A stretch of 64,000 nucleotides of DNA, from positions 4,410 through 68,409 of the forward strand of contig JBMZIJ010000007.1 of NCBI GenBank assembly GCA_049616955.1. Reading direction: 5' to 3'. The DNA is from Candidatus Poseidoniaceae archaeon. Its GTDB lineage: Archaea; Thermoplasmatota; Poseidoniia; Poseidoniales; Poseidoniaceae. Made by a program: the position numbers and the translations under genes. The notes beneath the pieces are model-generated. The model did no database searches. It was not told the DNA's origin and saw only the letters and a list, made by a program, of their open reading frames with translations. Below, piece by piece: positions 50,405-58,074 of the stretch; the stretch's first letter is position 1; the number at the start of each line of letters is the position of its first letter.

Positions 50405-50989
50405 TCATCCAAACAGTGTTTCGTTGATCGCAGCACGTTCTTCAGTCCAAGTGCGGTCAAGAAGTGAGTCAAATCGGAAATCGAAAGAGACCGATCCGTC
50501 CGCTGCTTCCATCATAAATCCGCCCAAGCCATCGATTTCATCACCAATGGTTCGAGAACCTGCTTCTTTCTTCAGCGCAGCAGCATCAACAGATACTGGT
50601 CGAATTACGAAGTCCTTACCAGAAACATCATCCGCACGCTTGAGCAAGGACTTGAGGAGCGTAGCACGTCCCTTCATTCCTGGGTCAGCGAGTTGTGACT
50701 TTGCTGCATCATAGGTGGCATCGAGGACGCCACGACGAGCGATGAGCAATTCTTTCTGGTTACCTTGGCGGGCGCTTGCAACCATCTCCTGAGAGATTTG
50801 GTTAGCTTCACGCTCAGCACGGGTTTGGGCTTCATCACGAATGGATGCTGCCTTGGCTTCTGCATCTCCGACAATTGTCTTTGCTTCCGCTTTCGCTTCT
50901 TTGATCATTGCTTTCGCCTGCGCTTCCGCAGATGCTGCAATGTCCTTCGCAAGTGTTTCAAGTGTCATAGTATCGTCTCCTTCAGTCAA
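50405..50989 (-). CDS. atpE: A-type ATP synthase subunit E
   Basis: 194 aa. N-terminal Ala/Glu/Lys-rich helix (AKAMIKEAKAEAKTIVGDAEAKAASIRDEA) followed by a globular C-terminus. Operon position supports the call. Confidence 0.8.
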   Translation of the reverse strand: MTEGDDTMTLETLAKDIAASAEAQAKAMIKEAKAEAKTIVGDAEAKAASIRDEAQTRAEREANQISQEMVASARQGNQKELLIARRGVLDATYDAAKSQLADPGMKGRATLLKSLLKRADDVSGKDFVIRPVSVDAAALKKEAGSRTIGDEIDGLGGFMMEAADGSVSFDFRFDSLLDRTWTEERAAINETLFG

Positions 50990-51018
50990 ACAGAACGAGT
51001 CTGTTTCGGAGCCAATCT

Positions 51019-51342
51019 TCAGAGGAAGAGTGGCAATGCACCGAGAATAACAATCGACTCAGGAAGAGCCGTGAAGATGAGTGCAGGACCAAACTTGGAT
51101 CCGTCTTCTGCAATCATTCCGACAGCAGCGCTACCGATAGCGGCCTGGGAAATTCCAGCACCAACTGCAGCAAGTCCGAGAGCAATTCCTGCTCCCATGT
51201 ACTTGCCCCAGTCATCGTAGGCACCGTCGGCGTCGACGTTTGCGGCAGCTGCGCCCTGAGCGATCAGGACGAGTGCGCCAAGTACAATCATCATTCGTAG
51301 GCTTGTTTTTAGGGTATTCTTGTTCATTTTTTCTACCTCCAT
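51019..51342 (-). CDS. atpK: A-type ATP synthase subunit K (proteolipid c)
   Basis: C-terminal hairpin GAGIALGLAAVGAGISQAAIGSAAVGMIAE...ALIFTALPESIVILGALPLFL with the ion-binding Glu. The N-terminal ~45 aa add another hydrophobic segment (MMIVLGALVLIAQGAAAA). The start is uncertain. Confidence 0.85.
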   Translation of the reverse strand: MEVEKMNKNTLKTSLRMMIVLGALVLIAQGAAAANVDADGAYDDWGKYMGAGIALGLAAVGAGISQAAIGSAAVGMIAEDGSKFGPALIFTALPESIVILGALPLFL

Positions 51343-51357
51343 TTTATGTCCAGTGGA

Positions 51358-53415
51358 CTATGCTTTCCCCTCCACGTGGAGAGGTTGGCCACCGAGCGGG
51401 GAAAAGACCCTGCCGGAGCCATCGTAAAACTTGCCCATCCATTCCACAAAGTGGAGACGGGCTGCGTGAATTGTAGGTGAGAGGAGACCAAGCGCAATAG
51501 CGAACACTTGGATTCCGATCCAAAGGAGGAAGAAGATAGGGACGAAGAGGTAATCGCCCGCTGTAATCGCATCGCGCATGGATGCGAAGCCCATGTCGTT
51601 GCTAATTTCAGCAATCTTGACCCCTGCGACACCAACTGCCATAATTCGCAGGTAGGAAAGGGTGTTCGCCAAGAGGCCGAACGTTTCGATTGGACCCATG
51701 ATAACGCCACCAGCCCATCCAAATCCTTCGAAGACTGCGAGAGCTACGATAAGGATCAACACACCGGCAACGACAAAGAATCCAGGAATCGTACCAGCAA
51801 GCAACTCATTGTTGCCCTTCATGAATCCGTAGATGTGGAAGAATCCACCGCCAAGAATCATCATCCAGCTTCCCTTCTCGAAGAAGGCTGCAACAATACC
51901 GTGACCCTTCATGACGTTGAAGAATCCGATGATAAATCCAAGGAAGAGGTGGAAGACACCAACGTAAACAGAGACGAGAACGTAGTCGGTCAGAGCGCTG
52001 TCCGCACGGTGGAATGGAACATAGGTGTGCGTAAGGCCGAGGGCTTTGCCGATATCGCTCTTCTTGAAGGATGAGGTCATGTCGTATGTCCAATCATACA
52101 GCGGAATGAGAGGCGATGCATCACCCATAACTTTCCCTGTACCGTCCCATATGAATCCGAATCCTTCAGCAAATACAAGACCCCAGAACATACACCAAAT
52201 TCCCATCCAAAGCAGAACGGTTGTTGCGTTCTTACCCATAGGTTCCTTGGCAAAAGGTAGAGATCGAAGCCAAAGAGCGAGAAGAACGATGACAAATCCG
52301 TAGCCAAAGTCTCCGAGAATCAACCCGTAAAGGAGAGGGAGTGTGATCATAATCAACGATGTTGGTTCGAAGGTGCCGTACTTTGGTCGGCCGACAAGGT
52401 CGACGACGAGTTCGAACGGTTCTGCAGTTCCACCGTTTTGGTAGGCGATAGGTGGTTCAGGTTCTGCGTGATGATGGTCGTGATCGCCGTGATGGTGATG
52501 GTCATCCACATGCTCTTCGATTTCAAGATGTGAAACCAAGTCCTTGAGTTTCGAACGTGCGTTTTCTGCGTTGTTGGTTGGAACCCAAGCATCCAGGGCA
52601 AAGGCCTGGTTGGAGACTGCAAGCGATGTTGGAGAAGTAAAGATGGCATCCTCTCGTTGAAGGTATTCTTCTGCAATGACGAGATCTGAACCGTGAGTTG
52701 TTGCCCAATCGTCGAGATTCTTTTGATTCGATTCCATTTTGGATTCGGCATCTGCGATGGCTTTGCGAGCATCACTTGCTCGCTGAGCAGGCTTTCCTTC
52801 ACCCGCTGGAAGCTGAATGGCTTTTGCATTCAATTCTGCGAGTGCCATTTGCACCTCTGCAGCTTTGCTTGGAGCACAAGCAACGGCAACGAGACCTGCA
52901 GGAGACAAGAATTCGACGTCGTTTCGAAGGTCTGCAAAGACCTTGGCGGCCTTGGATGAGTTCGCTGTTTCAGCGACATACACTTCGACACCAGAGTAGC
53001 CACTCAAAAGGTCGAGTGAAATGTTCAATGGAGCGAGTTTCTCAAAGATTCGGACTTGATCTTCAAGGGTAGCAACTTCTGCTTCTGCTTCCCGAATTGC
53101 TTCGATGTATGAAAGAGCCTTGTCGACTTCAGATTCAAGGTCTTCGGTCATGGCTTTGGCTGCCGAGGCAGACATAGCACCTTTGGCATTGAAGACTGAA
53201 ACATTACTGCGAACGGCTCGAACTTTGAGGAGAAGAGCGCTGACGTTGTCTGCATCTTCGCCTTGAATTGCATGTCCGACACCGATACCTTCCTCGAATT
53301 GCGTGTAGTCCTCGATGTGGACGCACCCAAGATCCGAACATGCACGGACAATGTCTGCCATGGCGTCAACAGGTGCTGCTAACGTCATTCGTGACATTGG
53401 AACCGTCGAGAACAT
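51358..53415 (-). CDS. atpI: A-type ATP synthase subunit I (a)
   Basis: 685 aa. Soluble N-terminal coiled domain plus ~7 TM helices. LSYLRIMAVGVAG (conserved Arg helix). Contains a His-rich insert HVDDHHHHGDHDHHHAEPEP. Confidence 0.9.
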   Translation of the reverse strand: MFSTVPMSRMTLAAPVDAMADIVRACSDLGCVHIEDYTQFEEGIGVGHAIQGEDADNVSALLLKVRAVRSNVSVFNAKGAMSASAAKAMTEDLESEVDKALSYIEAIREAEAEVATLEDQVRIFEKLAPLNISLDLLSGYSGVEVYVAETANSSKAAKVFADLRNDVEFLSPAGLVAVACAPSKAAEVQMALAELNAKAIQLPAGEGKPAQRASDARKAIADAESKMESNQKNLDDWATTHGSDLVIAEEYLQREDAIFTSPTSLAVSNQAFALDAWVPTNNAENARSKLKDLVSHLEIEEHVDDHHHHGDHDHHHAEPEPPIAYQNGGTAEPFELVVDLVGRPKYGTFEPTSLIMITLPLLYGLILGDFGYGFVIVLLALWLRSLPFAKEPMGKNATTVLLWMGIWCMFWGLVFAEGFGFIWDGTGKVMGDASPLIPLYDWTYDMTSSFKKSDIGKALGLTHTYVPFHRADSALTDYVLVSVYVGVFHLFLGFIIGFFNVMKGHGIVAAFFEKGSWMMILGGGFFHIYGFMKGNNELLAGTIPGFFVVAGVLILIVALAVFEGFGWAGGVIMGPIETFGLLANTLSYLRIMAVGVAGVKIAEISNDMGFASMRDAITAGDYLFVPIFFLLWIGIQVFAIALGLLSPTIHAARLHFVEWMGKFYDGSGRVFSPLGGQPLHVEGKA

Positions 53416-53424
53416 CGTATCACC

Positions 53425-53751
53425 TCATTGGTTGAGCAATCTTTCGACAATAAGGGCGACGGCAGCATCTTGCTTGGAACTTGCATCTGATTCAACAGAT
53501 TCGACTGCTTTGGCACCTTCCTTTTGAACACTCTTAACGTTCTTCATAGCGGCATCTTTCGCTGCATCAAGCGTGGATTGGATGGATGTTTGCGCTTCTT
53601 CGGTTGCCTTAGCAACAAGATCGGCGGCATCACGGCGGGCATCGCTGAGGATGCGGCTGGATTCTGATTGTGCATCGGAAAGTGTCTGTTCCGCAGCCTG
53701 CTCGGCTTTTTTGATGCTTTGAAGGACTTTTTCCATTCCCATAACAACCAC
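53425..53751 (-). CDS. atpH: A-type ATP synthase subunit H
   Basis: 108 aa, a single long Ala/Glu/Lys helix. First gene of the operon. Confidence 0.7.
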   Translation of the reverse strand: MVVMGMEKVLQSIKKAEQAAEQTLSDAQSESSRILSDARRDAADLVAKATEEAQTSIQSTLDAAKDAAMKNVKSVQKEGAKAVESVESDASSKQDAAVALIVERLLNQ

Positions 53752-53819
53752 TATGAAAATCCGACTGGGAGGGGGTTTATGAGGCTAATGGAGTCCTCCG
53801 TTCTAAGAAACCGAGCGCC

Positions 53820-54563
53820 CTATTGCGGTTTTCTTCCTCGAAATCGACTCGACATGAGGAACGGGTAGAGTAGTCGACCTGATACGTCTTGAAAACCAAC
53901 GTCCTTCATCATCGTTCGATAGTATCTGTTGGTTCCATAGTGCGTGTATGAGCGAGCTAATCCCTTCCAAGGATGATCCTTCGACTTCGTCACCCACCGA
54001 GCCATCCACTGAACAACCGTGCTCATCCATATACGGCCTGCAAGTCCATGCAAATAATTGGCTTTACCTGCATCACAGATGACCAATTGACCGCCTGGTT
54101 TCAGAACACGGTAGATCTCTTGAAGACCTTTCTTTTTGTCTTGAAAATCTCGGAACGAAAACAAGCAGAAGACCATGTCAAACGAATTGTCGTCAAGAGG
54201 AATATCCTCTGCAAGTGCTTGGACGTAGGTTGCTGGATTCTCACCCCGTGCTTTGCGTGCACCATCAACTCGCTTCTTTGCAACCTTAAGCATGGCTTCG
54301 GATGGATCTAAACATGTTACATCCAATCCAACGAGGTCTTCAGCAAAACTTCCAGGCCCACATCCAACCTCGAGCACTTTCATCCCAGCCGTTGCATGAT
54401 TGCGTACATTTCGACGCCAGCGCTTATCCTGTCCAAAGGTCATCAAACGGTTTACGCGATCGTAATTTGGAATGGTAGCCTCGAGCTGCTCCTCAAGTTC
54501 CGTCCAAGCATCGAGATCGATACCTGACGGGTCGTAACCGCCGGTCGCCGCACGCTTGGACAT
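53820..54563 (-). CDS. ubiE: UbiE/MenG-family (demethylmenaquinone-type) SAM-dependent methyltransferase
   Basis: 247 aa. IPNYDRVNRLMTFGQDKRWRRNV (UbiE YD..N..MS.G.HR.WR block), VLEVGCGPGSF, LKPGGQLVI. Confidence 0.7.
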   Translation of the reverse strand: MSKRAATGGYDPSGIDLDAWTELEEQLEATIPNYDRVNRLMTFGQDKRWRRNVRNHATAGMKVLEVGCGPGSFAEDLVGLDVTCLDPSEAMLKVAKKRVDGARKARGENPATYVQALAEDIPLDDNSFDMVFCLFSFRDFQDKKKGLQEIYRVLKPGGQLVICDAGKANYLHGLAGRIWMSTVVQWMARWVTKSKDHPWKGLARSYTHYGTNRYYRTMMKDVGFQDVSGRLLYPFLMSSRFRGRKPQ

Positions 54564-54618
54564 GATTATCCCGCAGCCTCTGCCCTCTTTGGAGGTGTCG
54601 CTTGGACCACGAAGCCAA

Positions 54619-55422
54619 TCAAGCGATACGCTCGACAGTTTCTGGTGTAATACCTTCTTCTGGTGTTACACGGAAAACAAGCATCTTGAGGTTCTCAGGA
54701 GCATTTCTAAACTTGGAGACGATCATCGATGTTTCAAAATCAGAACCAATGGTTCGAACACCAAATGTCAACACCATGTCAGCGATACTGGACAATTCTT
54801 GACGGACGGATGCCGACAAACCATTCACTGAGACCATAATCAGAAGCAAACCTCGATACATCTGCGTATGTGCTTGAAGCATTCGAATCATCGCAATCAC
54901 TCGGCCTGGGTCATCACGCTGAAGGAAGAAATCAAGACTGTCAATTCCAGCTCGGAAATACGGGCCGAGCGCCATAATTTCATTCGTAACTTCGGTAAGA
55001 TAGTCCTGCGTTGAGTCTTCGACGAATCGTGTCTGAGCAAGTCGCTGAATATCTTCCAAACGGAAACCTTCCAATCGATACCTGCTTGCGAGGAGTTCCT
55101 TCTCGAGAACGTTGGCGTTGTATTCTTCACCGATGGTGCGAACGTTCACATCCAGCGGCCAACTGTACTTGTTGAACACACGAACAATCTCGGGTTGCGC
55201 CTCATTGGTTGAGATGTAGAGGGTGTTTTCGGATTCTTCAGCAGGTGAAACGAATTGCTTTGCGAACAATTCTGCACCAGATCCTGTCTCTGTAAAGGCG
55301 ACCATTGTGAAGCCCCGAGGTACGCCTCCATGCATTTCATTGTCGAATTTAGGCACGCCAAAAGACCCAACTTGGCCGAAGAACTCTTCATCTTCTGCAT
55401 CAAATGTAATGTTCTTTCTCAT
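54619..55422 (-). CDS. KaiC/RecA-fold protein with a degenerate Walker A (predicted inactive)
   Basis: 267 aa. GVPKFDNEMHGGVPRGFTMVAFTETGSGAELFAKQF aligns to the KaiC-like G.PG.D..LGGG.PRG....V.G.PGTGKT.FA.QF, but GTGKT is replaced by GSGAE. The C-terminus resembles the KaiC-like ..K.R......F.I...GI end. Confidence 0.6.
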   Translation of the reverse strand: MRKNITFDAEDEEFFGQVGSFGVPKFDNEMHGGVPRGFTMVAFTETGSGAELFAKQFVSPAEESENTLYISTNEAQPEIVRVFNKYSWPLDVNVRTIGEEYNANVLEKELLASRYRLEGFRLEDIQRLAQTRFVEDSTQDYLTEVTNEIMALGPYFRAGIDSLDFFLQRDDPGRVIAMIRMLQAHTQMYRGLLLIMVSVNGLSASVRQELSSIADMVLTFGVRTIGSDFETSMIVSKFRNAPENLKMLVFRVTPEEGITPETVERIA

Positions 55423-55432
55423 AATTCATCCC

Positions 55433-56032
55433 TCAGTGAATAACCACCTGGCCACGATCGACCAGATCCGTACAATACAAATCAAGATTTGAAAGAACCA
55501 ATGGTGGTGTCTGGTCAGGGACATTGAGAATCACAGAAAGAACTTCTCGTTGTCGGAAGGTGTTGATGAACGTGTGGAGATATTCAGCCAGCATCCGATC
55601 TTCGTTGTAGATGGCGAGCGCATTGACGCTGTCGAGGAAAACAAAGTTTCGTTGCGTTTGCGTGGTTCGCAAAATATAGAGTGTGCGAAGCAAGACGGAT
55701 TCAAGCATAATTGGACTATCAACGAAGTGAATGTTTGGATATGTTACATCGGTGCCTCCGAGAATACCGGATGAAACAAGATCGATGAATTGAATGTTTG
55801 AGACATCCACGCCGATCGATTCGAAGGCTTGGATGATCTCAACGGCACCTCTGCTGGCTGAGATGTAGACCCCACCCATTTCGAACATCTGCATGAGAGG
55901 GAGCATCGTACTTGCAGTAACCATGAACGCATTTGAGTTACCACAACGCACCTGAACGGAGCTGTTCAGCGAGATGGTTGAGAGTTGCTCAGCGATTCGT
56001 TGGTCGAGTTCAAACATTATCAAGCACCCCAT
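55433..56032 (-). CDS. Short KaiC/RecA-fold-like protein without a P-loop (predicted inactive)
   Basis: 199 aa. VQVRCGNSNAFMV sits where the P-loop is expected. GGVYISASRGAVEIIQAFESIGVDV and FVFLDSVNAL (Walker-B-like) keep the KaiC-like scaffold. Confidence 0.45.
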   Translation of the reverse strand: MGCLIMFELDQRIAEQLSTISLNSSVQVRCGNSNAFMVTASTMLPLMQMFEMGGVYISASRGAVEIIQAFESIGVDVSNIQFIDLVSSGILGGTDVTYPNIHFVDSPIMLESVLLRTLYILRTTQTQRNFVFLDSVNALAIYNEDRMLAEYLHTFINTFRQREVLSVILNVPDQTPPLVLSNLDLYCTDLVDRGQVVIH

Positions 56033-56835
56033 CTGGACGCTTTATCGCTTTGTGCGCCCCATTTCAACATCGGCGTGAGCATGACGCCTAACGGCGTGAG
56101 TTCAATAGCGTGTTTCGCACGGCTGTGTGCTGTTCCACGCATTTTGACGACCTGAAGAAATCGTAGCAGGTGACCCATTCGTTCGACGTCACCCATGACA
56201 ACAATGCCATCAGCAATCGCTTCTTCAACACCGAAGGATGACCAGTGAGCATTCTCTGTTGCAGAGGTGATTTCTGAAATCAGAATGGTCGTGCAACCAA
56301 GCGTTGCGAGTTTCTTTCCGAGTGTGAAAAGGAAATCTCGAATCAACTGTTCGGACTTAATTTTGTAACAAAGCGTTGTTACAGAATCGATGACAAGTCG
56401 CGTCACACCGATGGTGTTGACAATATCAGTAATCGACTTGATGAGTGCGTGAACGTCATCCAAATCGAAGGTTGATTTGTCAAGACCAAGCCAAGAATAC
56501 AAGACGTCCATGTCGAAAACGTTGATCAATCCTGTATCGACCATGTTCATGTCAAAAAAGGCGTATTGACGAATGTTTTCAAGCAACTTCACCGAAGGCT
56601 CGGTTGCGGTAAAATGAGCGCATGCTTCCCCAGCTAGAGCACCGCGGACAAGGAACTCCATGCCGAGTGTCGTCTTTCCAGAACCACAGGTTCCTGAGGC
56701 CAAAACAGTCGACCCGTAAGGAATACCTCCTCGGAGAATTTCATCGAGACCGTGAATACCGGTCACACAGCGGTCTCGGGAATATGTGGATGCGGCTTGC
56801 ACGGCTATCGCTTCTCCCAGCCCAATCGAGTTCAT
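56020..56835 (-). CDS. KaiC-like RecA-superfamily ATPase (intact motifs)
   Basis: 271 aa. TGIHGLDEILRGGIPYGSTVLASGTCGSGKTTLGMEF (Walker A), TRLVIDSVT (Walker B), LQVVKMRGTAHS. Confidence 0.8.
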   Translation of the reverse strand: MNSIGLGEAIAVQAASTYSRDRCVTGIHGLDEILRGGIPYGSTVLASGTCGSGKTTLGMEFLVRGALAGEACAHFTATEPSVKLLENIRQYAFFDMNMVDTGLINVFDMDVLYSWLGLDKSTFDLDDVHALIKSITDIVNTIGVTRLVIDSVTTLCYKIKSEQLIRDFLFTLGKKLATLGCTTILISEITSATENAHWSSFGVEEAIADGIVVMGDVERMGHLLRFLQVVKMRGTAHSRAKHAIELTPLGVMLTPMLKWGAQSDKASRWGA

Positions 56836-57938
56836 GAAGCATTTGATGGTTCAAAGGACACATCTCCGGGCGAAGCACCAGATTGAACAGACCATGCCGT
56901 AGAGGACATCGAATTACTGCCATCCCAAACGATGACCTGATTGAGTCCCACGGGCAATCCTGCTTGTGGCCCCCACTCGGCCATCGAATTCGCGATAGGA
57001 TTGACTTGGCCTGGTCGAGTGAATCGCAGCTCGATGGTACCTGAACCGTCGTCAAGGAGATTCATCGACCCAGTCCCGAGCAAACCATACTGACCGAGAT
57101 CAAACACTTGTGAAGCATTGCCTTGATCTTGTGACGCTAAAGAACCCGTAAACAGGGCGACTGAGTGTCCACTGATTACACCGCTCTGGAGCAAGACTTC
57201 ATTCGAACTCGAACCGGAAGTGACATTCACCGACCATCCGTACAAACTGGTTGCGAAAGCATTGTCATTGAAGACCTCAATCCATTCTGGACCACCGCTA
57301 ATTGGCCTGGTCATGACTTCCGTTAACACCAAATTTTCGTTTGCTCGACTCGCATCATGGACTTCAAGGGTGATAAGAACCAACTCTGTACCCATTCGAA
57401 CCGTGCTTGATGCCGTTGAGGCCATCCGAGCTGCGTTGAGGTTTGCCCCACCTTCAAACAAATGTGTCCCAACACGTGATTCATTGCTTGAGGATTGGAT
57501 TGAAATTCTCAAGAACGCAGTTAGATCCTCATCCAATCCTAAGCCCAGTGAAAAACCTTTGAGTGTCACGTTGGATAAGGCAGAAACCCGATCCATATCG
57601 AGTTGATTGTCGCTCATCAATCCTGTTTGAACACGTCCTTTCTCAAGCGTTTCAGCGCTTTGCAGATGCCAATCCTCCGTTGAGTTGGCGTAATCGAGAC
57701 CATCATCGCCATCACTCGGTACGAACCATCCGGATCCACTTGTCAATCGATCAAGACCAGACACGACGGCTTGGTCGACTTGGTCGATCTCCGTGTCGTT
57801 CGATCCCATTTCAAGTTGAGCCAACGACATGAAGGCTGTGAGGATCATCAGGAACAAGGTGAAGGCGGAAAGAAATTCGATAACCGCAGTCAAACCGTCC
57901 TCGTCATCACGAAGTTGTGACCAATCGCCCCCTCCCAT
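56832..57938 (-). CDS. Prepilin-like (class III signal peptide candidate) protein with a C-terminal lamin-tail domain
   Basis: The ATG at 57938 gives MGGGDWSQLRDDEDG/LTAVIEFLSAFTLFLMILTAFMSL, which resembles Flp/TadE and archaeal Epd-type prepilin N-termini. The C-terminal LTEVMTRPISGGPEWIEVFNDNAFATSLYGWSV matches the LTD core. The track ORF extends to a TTG at 57980. The stop overlaps the start of the KaiC-like gene. Confidence 0.55.
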   Translation of the reverse strand: MGGGDWSQLRDDEDGLTAVIEFLSAFTLFLMILTAFMSLAQLEMGSNDTEIDQVDQAVVSGLDRLTSGSGWFVPSDGDDGLDYANSTEDWHLQSAETLEKGRVQTGLMSDNQLDMDRVSALSNVTLKGFSLGLGLDEDLTAFLRISIQSSSNESRVGTHLFEGGANLNAARMASTASSTVRMGTELVLITLEVHDASRANENLVLTEVMTRPISGGPEWIEVFNDNAFATSLYGWSVNVTSGSSSNEVLLQSGVISGHSVALFTGSLASQDQGNASQVFDLGQYGLLGTGSMNLLDDGSGTIELRFTRPGQVNPIANSMAEWGPQAGLPVGLNQVIVWDGSNSMSSTAWSVQSGASPGDVSFEPSNAS

Positions 57939-58074
57939 GCGATGACCACAACAAGGGATGTCATGAACGTTGCCAATCAAATTGGTGTTTCCAATCGATT
58001 GATTTTGCTATGATTTATGCGATGAGTCTTTGAATCATCCATGCGACCATGGTATGATGACAGGAGCGGAGCGA

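Noticed and set aside
51508-52074. 188 aa plus-strand ORF
   Set aside because: Antisense to atpI, with no motifs. A shadow ORF.
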